In this document: in pieces, positions 1 through 12,740 of the stretch | How the letters are laid out: the number at the start of each line of letters is the position of its first letter | How positions within the stretch are numbered: position 1 is the stretch's first letter | Assembly (NCBI RefSeq): GCF_032191835.1 | Contig: NC_083229.1 | Span: 102,734,001 to 102,798,000, forward strand | Length of the DNA: 64,000 nt | Direction of reading: 5' to 3' | From: Heteronotia binoei | Lineage: Eukaryota | Program-made: the position numbers and the translations under genes | The notes under the pieces: generated by a model | What the model was told of the DNA's origin: nothing | What the model saw: only the letters and a program-made list of their open reading frames with translations | The model's database searches: none

Positions 1-423
1 CTGCCTGGTGCGAAGGTAGCGGACATTACGCGTGTAGTAGATAGGCTGATAGACAGTGCTGGGGAGGAGCCTGTGGTCATGGTGCATGTTGGCACCAACG
101 ATGTGGGGAAATGCAGTCGTGAGGTCCTGGAGGAGAAATTTAGGCTGCTAGGTGGGAGACTTAAGGCCAGGACCTCCAAGGTGGCCTTCTCGGAAGTGCT
201 ACCTGTTCCACGTGCAGGGCAGGAGAGACAGGCGCAAATTAGAAGTCTCAATGTGTGGATGAGACGATGGTGTAAGGAGGAAGGGTTTAAGTTTGTTAGG
301 CACTGGGATGCTTTCTGGAACAAGCCGGAGCTGTACAAAAGAGACGGTCTCCACTTGTCTCCGGATGGAACCAGGCTGCTGGCGCTTAAAATCAAAAAGG
401 TGGCAGAGCAGTTTTTAAACTAA
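1..423 (+). CDS. CR1 ORF1 C-terminal part, SGNH esterase-like domain
   Basis: Open from base 1 (LPGAKVADI...VHVGTND...DGLHL) to TAA at 421-423; SGNH blocks PGA, GTND and DxxH are typical of CR1 ORF1. Confidence 0.88.
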   Translation: MPGAKVADITRVVDRLIDSAGEEPVVMVHVGTNDVGKCSREVLEEKFRLLGGRLKARTSKVAFSEVLPVPRAGQERQAQIRSLNVWMRRWCKEEGFKFVRHWDAFWNKPELYKRDGLHLSPDGTRLLALKIKKVAEQFLN

Positions 424-452
424 ATCTTGGGGGAAAGCCGACAGGAGATGGA

Positions 453-3420
453 ATGTCTCTGGTTCGGGAGGACTCGTCTCAAAGAGATGAAGGGTTGGCT
501 TCTATTTTTCTACCGAGTAACGGATCAGAGTTGTCCACTGTGATGGTGACAAACAGTATGGACTGTCTGCTAGAGTCTCGAGGCGGCAGGAGAGAGGTGG
601 CGGGCCTAGCTTGCTTGGGAAATTATAAATGTTTGTATGCAAATGCTAGAAGTGTCCGAAGTAAAATTGGTGAATTGGAATGTTTAGTGTTGGGAGAAAA
701 CATAGACATTGTGGGAATTTCAGAAACTTGGTGGAATGAGGAGAATCAGTGGGACACGGTGATTCCTGGATATAAGTTATATCGGAAGGATAGGGAGGGA
801 AGGGTTGGAGGTGGGGTGGCTCTGTACGTCAGAGAGGATATACGGTCCAGTAAGACTGAGGTCAGAGAATTAGATTCCCTTTTAGAAATGCTTTGGGTTG
901 AAATAGAGGGCCCAAAAGGAAATTTAACTATGGGAGTTTGTTATCGCCCACCAAATCAAAAGAGAGAGGACGATTATAATATGATGGAGGGATTAAAGAT
1001 AGCGGCTACACGTAAAAACTGTGTCGTAATAGGTGATTTTAACTACCCGCAGATTGATTGGGTCAATATGTGTTCTGGTCGAGAGAAAGAGATTGAGTTT
1101 CTTGATGCTCTCAATGACTGTGCTATGGAGCAGATGGTCTCAGAACCTACCAGGGGTGGGGTGATCCTGGATCTGGTCCTAAGTAATGCCCAAGACTTGG
1201 TGAGAGACGTAAAAGTGATTGCGCCGCTTGGGAACAGTGACCATAATGTTATTGATTTCACCATTTGTATAAATAGGGAGTTGCCCAAAAAGACCGCCAC
1301 AACCACATTTAACTTTAAAAGGGGTAAATTCTCTGAGATGAGGAGGCATGTGAGGAGGAAACTGAAAGGAAAGGTAAATACGGTCAAAACCCTTGGGGAA
1401 GCTTGGAGACTATTTAAAACTATAATCCTAGAAGCTCAGATAAAATACATACCACAAGTTAGGAAAGGCACAAACAGGTATAAGAAGAGGCCAGCATGGT
1501 TAACAAACAAAGTAATGGAAGCTGTAAAAGGTAAGAAGGACTCCTTTAAGCAGTGGAAAACCAGTCCAAGTGAGATTAATGAAAGGGAACACAGGCAGTG
1601 GCAAATCAAATGCAAGACTGTGATCAGGCAGGCAAAAAGGGACTATGAGGAGCATATTGCAAAAAACATAAAGACCAACAATAAAAATTTCTTCAAATAT
1701 ATTAGAAGTAGGAAACCAGCCAGGGAAGCAGTGGGGCCCTTGGATGACCATGGGGTAAAAGGATTACTGAAGGAGGATGGGGAAATGGCTGAGAAGCTGA
1801 ATGCATTTTTTGCCTCCGTCTTCACCGTGGAAGACGGAGAAGTGTTTGCCCGCCCCAGAACCACTAATATTGGAAGGGGTGTTGAAAGACCTGAGTCAGA
1901 TTGAGGTGACAAAAGAGGAGGTCCTACAACTAATAGACAAATTAAAAACTAATAAGTCACCGGGTCCGGATGGCATACATCCGAGAGTTCTGAAAGAACT
2001 CAAAGTTGAACTTGTGGATCTTCTAACAAAAATCTGTAATCTTTCATTGAAATCTGCCTCCGTTCCTGAGGACTGGAAGGTAGCAAATTTCACCCCCATC
2101 TTTAAAAAGGGTTCCAGAGGAGATCCGGGAAATTACAGGCCAGTCAGTCTGACTTCAATACCGGGAAAGTTGGTAGAAACCATTATCAAGGACAGAATGA
2201 GTAGGCACATTGATGAACACGGGTTATTGAGGAAGACTCAGCATGGGTTCTGCAAGGGAAGATCTTGCCTCACTAACCTGTTACATTTCTTTGAGGGGGT
2301 GAACAAACATGTGGACAAAGGAGACCCGATAGATGTTGTTTACCTTGACTTCCAGAAAGCTTTTGATAAAGTTCCTCATCAAAGGCTCCTTAGAAAGCTT
2401 GAGAGTCATGGAGTAAAAGGACAGGTCCTCTTGTGGATCAAAAACTGGCTGAGTAATAGGAAGCAGAGAGTGAGTATAAATGGGCAGTCTTCGCAGTGGA
2501 GGACGGTAAGCAGTGGGGTGCCGCAGGGCTCGGTACTGGGTCCCATCCTCTTTAACTTGTTCATAAATGATTTAGAGTTGGGAGTGAGCAGTGAAGTGGC
2601 CAAATTTGCGGATGACACTAAATTGTTCAGGGTGGTGAGAACCAAAGAGGATTGTGAGGAACTCCAAAGGGATCTGTTGAGGCTGGGTGAGTGGGCGTCA
2701 ACGTGGCAGATGCGGTTCAATGTGGCCAAGTGCAAAGTAATGCATATTGGGGCCAAGAATCCCAGCTACAAATACAAGTTGATGGGGTGTGAACTGGCAG
2801 AGACAGACCAAGAGAGAGATCTTGGGGTCATGGTAGATAATTCACTGAAAATGTCAAGACAGTGTGCGTTTGCAATAAAAAAGGCCAACGCCATGCTGGG
2901 AATTATTAGGAAGGGAATTGAAAACAAATCAGCCAGTATCATAATGCCTCTGTATAAATCGATGGTGCGGTCTCATTTGGAGTACTGTGTGCAGTTCTGG
3001 TCGCCGCACCTCAAAAAGGATATTATAGCATTGGAGAAAGTTCAGAAAAGGGCAACTAAAATGATTAAAGGGCTGGAACACCTTCCCTATGAAGAAAGGT
3101 TGAAACGCTTAGGGCTCTTTAGCTTGGAGAAACGTCGACTGAGGGGTGACATGATAGAAGTTTACAAGATAATGCATGGGATGGAGAAAGTAGAGAAAGA
3201 AGTACTTTTCTCCCTTTCTCACAATACAAGAACTCGTGGGCATTCGATGAAATTGCTGAGCAGACAGGTTAAAACGGATAAAAGGAAGTACTTCTTCACC
3301 CAAAGGGTGATTAACATGTAGAATTCACTGCCACAGGAGGTGGTGGCGTCCACAAGCATAGCCACCTTCAAGAAGGGGTTAGATAAAAATATGGAGCAGA
3401 GGTCCATCAGTGGCTATTAG
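453..3420 (+). pseudogene. CR1 ORF2 (endonuclease + reverse transcriptase) with one frameshift and one late nonsense codon
   Basis: ORFs 453-1904 and 1801-3321 join if one extra G at ~1836 is removed (GAAGACGGAGAAG vs GAAGACGAGAAG in copy 2). TAG at 3319-3321 corresponds to TGG in copy 2. Natural stop at 3418-3420. Confidence 0.9.
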
Positions 3421-3425
3421 CCACA

Positions 3426-3461
3426 GTGTGTGTGTGTATGTATATATATATATATATATAT
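3426..3461. repeat. (GT)n(AT)n microsatellite inside CR1 3' UTR
   Basis: Read directly from the sequence. Confidence 0.95.
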
Positions 3462-4383
3462 TTGGCCGCTGTGTGACACAGAATGTTGGACTGGATGGGC
3501 CATTGGCCTGATCTAACATGGCTTCTCTTATGTTCTTATGTTCTTATTTGTCCATATAATTCCACACCCAAATACAAAAATAACTAGCAAATACTGCCAT
3601 TTCAAATTTCTTACGCATAACATTTAATCTGAAAAGTCTAAAGCCTGAATAAAGCTTTGGAAAAAAAGGCAATAATATGCATGTATTTATTTCTGACATG
3701 GCAATTTTGATAGCTTTCCAACCCATTCTAGGAGCTATAGCTCCAAGGCAGTGGCTCCTAACACCATATTCTTTGCATGAAGAGACAGTCCAATCCCAGG
3801 ACCACTGTATTAACTCTGGTTGCTGCCCAGAAACAGCTGTACTTAACAAAAGACTTTACATTCAGGGAGAGGAATGATTCCTCCTAAAATCTCCTGTATA
3901 GCATCTTTTATGACTATTTTTGGCCCGCAGGACAAAAAAAGCAGACACAAAAGTGAAAGCAAGAGAACAGCTAGAGGTACACTGGTAAGGCACTGCCAAC
4001 TAGTTTTGCCTCCTACAACAACTTCAGCTGTAACACTGCTGCAGCTTAAGCCAGCTGACTGGATCCAGTTGCCCAACTCCTGTAGTTCAACTCAGTGGAC
4101 TCATTGATTTTCCTCACTAAAAACAAGGCTTTTCAGAAAAGCCATCAACTCCTGAACTAGTGATGCAAGTTGTTTGTAATATCACAAATGGCCCAGAGGG
4201 TTACTCTTTGTTTTAAGGACTGCAGCTTCTTAACAGAATGGCTGGCATGAGTAAAGAATCCAATTCTGATTACAGTCAAATCCTGTATAGTACAATAATA
4301 GAAATGTTATTGTGTAATAATGTTTGCACAGCTTATCAATGGAGAACATATATGTTATAGTGAAGTGTAGGAATAAAATATAC

Positions 4384-4487
4384 CTGAAGAAAAACATGAC
4401 CGTACAGGGATCATAAAGTTCATACATCTTGTTGAAATCTGGTACTTCTGTGATATCCACAAGATAAATAACAGCAAAATTTTTCAC
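4384..4487 (-). CDS. TXNL4A: TXNL4A coding exon 2 (104 nt)
   Basis: VKNFAVIYLVDITEVPDFNKMYELYDPCTVMFFFR, AG acceptor and GT donor on the minus strand. Confidence 0.97.
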
Positions 4488-7400
4488 CTATTGAGAAAAA
4501 TATTTAGACCAGTGTATTGAAACTAAGCATTCATGGTCAAGCATTGTAAGCTTACAAAGACATATGAACACAGCATTTAATTTAAAAAAAGAGAGAAGTG
4601 ATACGTTAACACAGGATCCATTTTCTAGACCATGACATCTAAAATGAAATTTTATCCAATATCCATTTCTATATCTCCCAGTGGTCATCAGAATTTAATT
4701 TTCAACCCTGTGCAACTCTTTTTAAGTAGTCCCAAGATAGCACAGTGTTACCAAATTAGACCCCCCCCATGTTGACATCATGCTGAGCCACCCTTGCTAA
4801 ATGCTTGAGACTAGACAGCTAGATTTCTTCAGTAACCTGTTGGAGGCACGTGCAACCAATTAGGTAAGCCATCTGCTCATCCCTTACATTGCCCTTTTCT
4901 GCATGATGCTACAGCTTTGCACAATTCTGCAACAGCAAATATTTCTACTAGAGATAGCCTGTTCTGCTGAGCAAGCAGTGTCTTGCACTGACCTATATCT
5001 ACAGTGCAACAGATCATATTACAACTGCAAAGCTCAGTGCAATCTTGGGACATAATTTCTCAAGAACACACTATACTGTAAAAGAACATGTTACTACTAA
5101 GTGATTATTCATGCATATATGAAGATGGGGAAGAAAAGCAAGATGTATTGTTAAGTTTATAGGTACAATTAACTTCCAATATTCCAATTTCAAAAGTTCA
5201 CTCTTAATGTAGCATTCACAGAATGTAAACATTTCTTAGAAAATACGTTGCAAAACATGTTTTATTAGCTTGACTAATTGCTCTAGATATAAAGGTCCAA
5301 ACAAACATTACAGGGCCTGACAAATCCCAGGGACCCAGAAACTTTATTTTGGTGCTAATATTTTTAGAAGTCATTTATTTTAAGTGCCTCTTAGTGATTC
5401 TCAGTAGAAGTACAAAACTCATTTAGGTGAGGGATAGAGATTAGCTTTTTGTTGTGATGACAACCAGTATTACCCCAATTTATTTCTACACTACAACACT
5501 TTTGTTATAGCTTTTTTTAAAAAGACAGAGTTTATAACTAGGTTTTGTGGTAGCAATAAACTGTTATTAAAATATTTAAAAGCCTGAAAAAGAAGTCTAG
5601 CTCCTAAGTTTTTGAGGTGGCTTATAAAGCCGAAGGAAATTTGTCAAGGCCTGCACTCAAATATACCCTAAGTCGATCAAATTATATGCATTTTATAAGT
5701 ATTTGCTTTGAATGTGCAGTCCATGAAATACCATCTATAGGTCTTCACAAGGATTCTGAAGATCTACTAAAATATCTACTCTTGTGTTACTATTACCATT
5801 ATTGAAATGGTAGTGTATCATAACAGCGTATCATAAGAGGTAATGTACCAAGTGGTGGTGGGAGAGAACAGTTTCCCCATTTTAAATAACTAATCTGCAT
5901 TTTGACAATGGACATCTAAAAATACCAAGATTCCTGACTATACCAGCTTTTAGGATCATCCTCACATCTAAGAAATCAAAAACTGTTTTTTTTTTTTAAA
6001 TGAAGAGTCAAAGGAGAGATAGATACGTAACTCAAAGGAATTTCTAATGCAGGAAATATTAAAACAAGTCAGGGACCCACAAGGATTTGTGGGGGGCATC
6101 TCATTTTTCTCTCTCTCACTACATCTTTATTCCCTTTTCTGAAAGCTCCCATAGTCTTTCCCCTTTTCCTGCTTCCTTCTTGTCCTTTCCTCCCAGCAGT
6201 CTTTATCTCCCCCTTCAGCTTTCCTTCCCCTGGCAGCCTCTCCTCAGGAGAACTATGACCCAGTTGAATGATGTCAGCTGAAATGGGCCTATTTGCGTTG
6301 TGGGGGACCTTCAAATGGCATCTCACTTTGCCGTGCATTCCCTCCCTACACTATTTCCCCTTTATCCATCCCAGCATCTCTCAAATCCTCACCTTTCCTT
6401 CCTTCCCTCTCTCCTTCACACCCACCAATCTACCTTTTATCTGTACCGCATCTTATGTTCTTCATTTATAGCCTGCCTTTCTCCACAGTGAAGACCTAGT
6501 GCAGCTGACATTATTCTCATCTCCTCTATTTTATCCTCACAACAGTGTAGGGTAGGTTAGGCTGAGAGTGTGTAACTGGCCTGAGGTCATCCAGTAATTT
6601 TCCACAGCAGAAAATGGATTTGAGGTCCCAATATGAAACACTAACTACTACACCTCACTGTCTTTTGTCGGGTGGCTGCTGCTGAACAGTAGTAAACAGC
6701 CAAGCCTGAGTAAGTCATGCAGTTCAAGAAGTATCAAGTTGCCTGATGGCAGCTAGCCCCAATGAGTACTCCCTCAAAAGCCAAAACAGCACCAGAGAGG
6801 GCCCTGCTCCCCCAGATCTTTTACTGACAAAAGTCAAACAGACACCAAACCTGGAAAGCTGGCCAAACTGTTGCGGTTGCCTAGCAACAGCCACTGAAGG
6901 CATCTTTTTATTAAAGCTACAGGTACCCTACATTTTTCAGGTTTGTTGGAAGACCCACCTTATCTACCACTCCAGCCTCTGGATTTAAGTACCCTCAGAT
7001 GGGGCCATATTTTGCTGATAGAATACATGAATGTAAGTGAATCAGTGCAACATGAAAACACACCATAGCTTCCCTTTAGATGCACATATTGGCAAATATT
7101 TCTTGGTGAACTGAACAAAATGTCAAGCTTGCTTCAAATTTTGTTGCCTTTACAGCTCAGGATGCCAATACTGTATCAGAGAAAAAACACCACTTACAGT
7201 AGAGGAAAGAGCTGCAATTTTTATTGGCTAAAATATTACCAGTATGGAAACTGGCGACTTTAATGTTTCAGGTCTATTGTGTTTTCCAACTAGCATGACA
7301 ACAGATCTGTATGACTTTCTACTATGAATACATGGTACAATGGGAACTGTTTACTCACTCTTTATATGGCAGCGAAATCCCAACTGGACTCGTAAGCAAG

Positions 7401-10246
7401 AGGATGACGAACGATCACCCTCTTTAATCTGCTATTTCTGCAGAGGGAGATGTTTAAATAGAAAGTTATATTGCTCTTTTTCCCCTCATTATGTGCCAAT
7501 ATGTCTGCCAACTACCTACAACAGAATTTCCAAGAACACTCTGTCCTTTAACTGGCAAGAAAATAGTACAAAAGCAATGTTTACGGATTTTCCCCACATC
7601 TTAAACAAAGTGATAACCTCTTTTGAAGTGCCAGAATACTTAATAGCTATTAGATTTCAACTGTATTTACCCCAATGTATTTAAAGTTTAACTAATCACA
7701 TTCTCTCGTATAGCTCAAAAAGGCAACATTTCAGATTAACACATGCTTTCTAAAGAGATGGGCCTTGTTACAGTTATCCAGCAGCCAGATTTTCAAACCA
7801 GATTCACCACAGCAAGCATCTCTCACTTATACTTAAATATCTAACTGGCTTTCAATTTGTTTTCAGGCGTAATTTGAAGCACTAGTTTTGAAAATCTAAA
7901 TTGTCTAGGACCAGAGTAATCTTAAGGATTACCTCCTATATTAATATTAATGGCCTGGCTTTAGAGATGTTCAGAAATGCCCTTTTTAGGTTGCCCTCAC
8001 TATTGGAAGTAAAACGGGTAGCTACCAAAGACCAGGCCTTTTCTCTGTATGTATGCTAGTTACAGAATTCTTTCCTGTGTTATGTTATAATGGTGCCCTT
8101 TTTATTGTCCTTTGGACAGTAGGAGATAACTATCCCATTTGACAAGCTTTTCATAGTTAGTGGCAGGCAGCTGCCTGTTTAATTATTATATTTAATTTCA
8201 CCACTGCTTTGATGTAATATAGTTGGCTCATTTACATCTTGGAATGTATTTTTTTGTTTTCTGATACTTTGTGGTAATAAAAATAGACAGTTTTAGCCAC
8301 TTTTTAATTTGTCAGTTGATTGTTTTGTTTCATGGATTTTATAAAATATTCTGATGTTACTAACAGGTTACTTAAAAACTCAGTAAAATACTCCCCAGGT
8401 GAAACTGCCCCGCATAGAAAGTCATTTCCCCTCTCCCCGCACTGTAATCATGTTTTCCCCCAATGTTGAGTCCTGTGGGCCAGTGGACCCTCCAAAACAT
8501 AATGGAGGTTGAAGTGGGAGGGCTGCTGTGAGAAAAGGGAATGAGTGAAAATGCCTGTCCCCCTCTTCACATGCAGAAATGGAATGGAGCCTTGAGATGT
8601 GGCCCCTCTCTGCATTTTATTTGTGCTGTGGCTTTACTGATACCAAGTAATGGGCAGGCAATACATCCTTCACTTAATGACAGTACCTAACACTACAGTC
8701 TTTCCCTGGTTATATTACCATGACTCTCTGATCTGAACCTAGCCACTGAACAGATAATGAAAGTCACTTGCATACTATCGAATCTCAGCATTACTAAATT
8801 GATCCACACTGTACTATCTTCCCATTTATTATTTAATACAGATTCCAAACTAGGCACAAGACTTCAACTTTAATATATCAGCTACTTTGAAAATAATGCC
8901 ATGCCTTTCTTCACTGACCATACTAGTATTATACCTGCAAATGAATCCTCTCTTTTCATTTCAGTGGTTTTCAAACTGTGTTCCAAGAGTTCCAAATATA
9001 TCAGAAGACCCTCAAGGAGAAGATCAATTCCTTGCTGGTCTTCTGACCGTAATAAACTTGATTGATTGAAGATCAATTCATAAAATGTGTCCAGACCATT
9101 CTGCAGCAATGCAGGGCTGCCACAGTATCCAAGGAAAGGACTCTCAGCAGTTAAGGTATTACGGAAAGTTAGAAAACCACTAGTCTACAAAAAATTCAGA
9201 GAAAACAAAAAGGGGTCACTAAAAGCAACAATAACTACACAAGCTCAAAAGCCATAAATCAGACACCAATATGATATGGAGGGCATAACAATGAATTTCG
9301 CCTTATTTTACTTACTTTCTAGTATAATCCTCTACTAGTAAATCCACTTTTATCTATTAGGGAAGCTTGTAAGCTCTGTTCTAGCTAGAACAGATATTGA
9401 TTCTGGCATATTCGTGTGCATGCAAACAAAAGCTTACACCCAGAATAAAACTTCAGTCATCTTGAAGGTGCCACTGGACAAACTTTATTCTGTTGCTTCA
9501 GAGCAACACAGCTACCCACCTGAACAAGTTAGAAGAGTGCTCGATCAGAAAATGGATGCATTGTGTCAGCAGAATTAGTCAACAACAATTTGTTTTATTG
9601 TATTTCAGCTCAATGTATAAAGGTTAATTTAAATCATAGTTACTAACAAAATCTACAAACTTTAAATTTTTTCCCCAATGTTTTCAGATTAGCTTTTCTG
9701 GCTTCTGCTGTATTAAAAGCCTATGTAAATGATTAAATCCCATGCTTTGGATACATAAGAGCAATATATTATTTTTTCATTCAGAACACGTATAATTTAC
9801 ACATACCACAGCAGTTAATGGCCATATAAGTTGTAACTGAATTGCCTTATGTTTCTGGGAGTCCTTGAGGTATAAAGAAAGTATCTTGTGCCTGAAATGT
9901 TGTCCAATTCTTACCTCAAAAATATTCTAAGTAAAAATTTCTTGCATACATCACAATAGAATCTTCTTATGCATGTAAACAGAATAACTAACAAGTGAAA
10001 CCTACCTTCATGTTTGTGTGCTGGGTTTGTGTGCCGTTGTATTTTATTCAAACAACATTTTAAAAGTTTATCAATATTAGTAGAACAATGTACCTTTTCA
10101 GCAATACTATACAAAACTTCATCCATTTTCATACAAGTAGGATCCCAGTCATGCCCAAAGCGAATCACCACCACACGGTCTTCTTCTGAAAGAATGGCCT
10201 GATCTACTTGCCAGCCATTGTGTAAATGAGGAAGCATATAAGACAT
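4384..10246 (-). CDS. TXNL4A: TXNL4A (Dim1/U5-15K), partial: coding exons 10246-10094 and 4487-4384; final exon is outside the window
   Basis: Spliced translation MSYMLPHLHNGWQVDQAILSEEDRVVVIRFGHDWDPTCMKMDEVLYSIAEK|VKNFAVIYLVDITEVPDFNKMYELYDPCTVMFFFR is essentially invariant Dim1; canonical GT/AG sites; 153 and 104 nt exons. Confidence 0.97.
5311..5653. mobile_element. Old non-autonomous DNA transposon (MITE)
   Basis: Imperfect TIRs CAGGGCCTGACAAAT / ATTTGTCAAGGCCTG; no TSD recognisable. Confidence 0.5.
6511..6654 (-). mobile_element. MIR-like/L2-tailed SINE, degenerate
   Basis: Reverse complement of CCTAACCTACCT...TTGTGAGGATAAAA tail shared with copies at 14935 and 30672. Confidence 0.6.
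9414..9525 (+). mobile_element. Penelope-like pLTR relic
   Basis: GTGTGCATGCAAACAAAAGCTTACACC...AAGGTGCCACTGGA...GCTACCCACCTGAA; inverted homolog at 10788-10915. Confidence 0.6.
10094..10246 (-). CDS. TXNL4A: TXNL4A coding exon 1 (153 coding nt; exon extends to acceptor at 10266)
   Basis: ATG at 10246; MSYMLPHLHNGW...SIAEK; TTTTACAG acceptor 20 nt upstream of ATG; GTA donor. Confidence 0.97.
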
Positions 10247-10787
10247 TTTCAAAACTTATTCAAGACCTGTAAAAGGATAGAACATGCATATTCATAATCT
10301 GGATAATTCTTAACAAAAATCAAGGAAAGAATTCATTCAATTTGTATTTTATTTCATATAAATAACTACATCTTGCTTGTACATCTTGTCAGGCAAGAAG
10401 CTTTATGAACTTAGAATTGTTTGTTGTGGGTAATGTTAGCATAATATCTGTGCATTAAATACCTATTAATAAATATAATCAAATATATACTCCTTTTCTT
10501 GACTAGTACTGTTTATTTTTTTAAACCCAAACCCATTTCCTGTTTATCCCCTGACAAGCTCAGGAACCCCTTTGTCTGCTGCTTGTCCTAAAGACCAGGC
10601 CAGACTTTCCTAGAGTTCATATTTCAAATCACTTTGGGATACTGGAGAGTTTACCACCCCAAAACTCTTTTATCGCTTATATCTGCACCCCAACCATCAT
10701 TTCATTTCCTATTTTCAATCCCCAATATAGAGCAATCACTTCACCTACAGTTGACACAAACTGAAAGAGTAACTATACAGATGAATG

Positions 10788-10915
10788 ATCCAGGTGGGCA
10801 GCCATGTTGGTCTGAAGCAATATGACAACGTAGGAATCCAGTGGCACCTTTAAGACCAACGAAGTTTTATTCAAAGTGTAAGCTTTTATGTTTTTATGCA
10901 CTTTTAGCAGGCACC
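10788..10915 (-). mobile_element. Penelope-like pLTR relic (inverted relative to 9414-9525)
   Basis: GATCCAGGTGGGCAGCCATGTTGGTCTGAAGCAA...CCAGTGGCACCTTTAAGACCAAC...GTAAGCTTTT. Confidence 0.6.
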
Positions 10916-12292
10916 TGAAAGGAAAACCTATCCCCATTCTAGTCTTGGTTTATGCGTGCCACACCTTTCTTTTATCATCACTACATCCATAAATCACATG
11001 TCAAGGGTTATTAATACTATTTATGAAGAAAAACCGTTTACTCTTTCAGAATATTAATACAATTTATTGTGACTAAAGTTTCATCACAAAAATAAAGATT
11101 TGTTTTTAGTTGCTACAAGACACTTTGTAATTTCTGCTATGGCAGATTGCTTCACTTCTCAGATTCATGTACAAAGACAATACTACTTATGCCATGCTAT
11201 TACAAAACCTTCAGAAATAAGGATGAAGAACAGTAGAAACATAGATGATTTAAGAAAGACTACACTGTGTGACATGTACGGCTGTATCTAGGCATCACAT
11301 CAAGTGGACATTAAGCCCATATGTGCTCACATCTAGCTTGTTGTCTGGTGAGATGCCTGTGTCTGGTTCACACAGGCATCTCACTTCTTCCTCCTCCCTT
11401 TTGACAGGAAACATAATAAAGGAACAACATTTTTAAACTTAACCCCAGTTACTCTTGTGACACACAAATGTAGCCACTTAACTGAATTAGTCCCCTTCCT
11501 CACATTCTAAAACTGTATTAAACCTTGGTGGGAGCAGCTAACAACATATAAAGCTAGTTTTAAACCAGGATTTTCTTCATCAAACTCTAAATGAGAATAC
11601 AAGAAAGCCCAGCAATAAACCAAGTTCATGGACATACAGTTTAACCAAACACCCAAAGGCATTCAAAAACTTTTCACCAAAGAAGGAAAAACACATGGAA
11701 GACCCAAAGGCCAAAGCTCAAGATCACCCGCCTATCACAGTTTCCAAACTGGGAGACCTTTCCTCCAGAGCGGCATAGTAAGTTGCAGTAGTCAGAAGAC
11801 TGAACTATATATCAAAAGCTTCTGGTTCAAATGTCATGTATTCAAGTTGACTGTTGTGTGATTCCCACAACTTTGGAATCCCAAAGTGAACAGAGTCAGA
11901 TCTGACAGCAGACGTCTGGTAGCAAAACAGTTCTTATGTAAGTGGAAACGCTGTAGCCTTTGCAATACGTCCACTTGACTGAGCAGTGTTGAGCAGCTGG
12001 ATGATATGGATTATTCACAAAATTTCAATGCATGCTCCCTCACCCTATTTCATTTATATTTTATTATTTACTTTTACTTATACTCCACTTTTCTCGCTGA
12101 GACTCGAGACTGATTACACAGAATAAAATTGTGCAAGCCAGTTCAGGTGCAAAGACGAAAGCTTGCAGATTCTGGAGGTGACCTAAACCATCCACTGCAT
12201 ATACCTTTCTACTCCCCCCTTCCTCATCTGCCCTCTACAAGGAATCCATTTTCCTCCCTTACCCCAGGCCACTGCCCTCCCCACCCCGACAC

Positions 12293-12503
12293 AGCTTGCC
12301 AGCCTCCAGATAGGGCCTGGAGATCTCCAGTTTTTACAACTGATCTCCAGCTGGCGGAGATCAGCGCCACTGACAACTGGAGAAAATGGCCGCTTCTAAG
12401 GGTGGACTCTATAGCACTGTACCACGCTGAGGACCCTCCCCTCCAAAAAAACCCGCCACCCCCAAAGTCTCCAGGTGTTTTTCACACAGACCTGGCAACC
12501 CCA
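12293..12503. mobile_element. Abundant ~200-bp MITE-like repeat (AGGGTTGCCA...TGGCAACCCT family)
   Basis: Same internal sequence recurs at 16844-17045, 43351-43470 (partial), 47032-47170 (partial), 48499-48702 and 58676-58870. Confidence 0.8.
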
Positions 12504-12595
12504 AGCCTCACTGTTTTCTACCTGTCCAGGCTAAAAACCCTTTCAGGAACTTTCTTCTTTCTCTCCCGCCCCCCGGAAAAATCCCAACCACTTAC

Positions 12596-12740
12596 CAAAG
12601 GCCAACAATATACGTTAAAACGGCCCTCAGAAACAGCCCTACAACCACGTGGGCGCTCGCGGCTCAAGAAAATAGACGACGGCGGGTTGGCGGGGAGAAA
12701 GCCGCAGTAGTGGCGCACAGTAGCGTCATAGGAGGAAGTG
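12596..12740 (-). other. TXNL4A: Probable non-coding first exon of TXNL4A (5' boundary approximate)
   Basis: Strong minus-strand donor TTG|GTAAGTG at 12596/12595 at the edge of a CpG island; the ATG exon has its own acceptor and needs an upstream exon. Confidence 0.65.

Larger units (their letters stand above)
1..3545 (+). mobile_element. CR1 LINE, near full length (5' end outside window), antisense within TXNL4A intron
   Basis: ORF1 esterase remnant, ORF2 with APE endonuclease (YANARS, GDFN, SDH) and RT (QGSVLGP, FADD), and a CR1 3' end with (TTCTTATG)n repeats at ~3525-3545. Confidence 0.96.

Noticed and set aside
1043-3407. Minus-strand ORFs inside CR1 (and equivalents at 28100-30439)
   Set aside because: Antisense shadows of ORF2
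3546-4383. TXNL4A final exon (NKHIMIDLG...)
   Set aside because: Not found on the minus strand; it must lie left of the window beyond the CR1
12129-12710. 193-aa ORF near the TXNL4A promoter
   Set aside because: Runs through a MITE-like repeat and GC-rich promoter; low complexity and no recognisable domain
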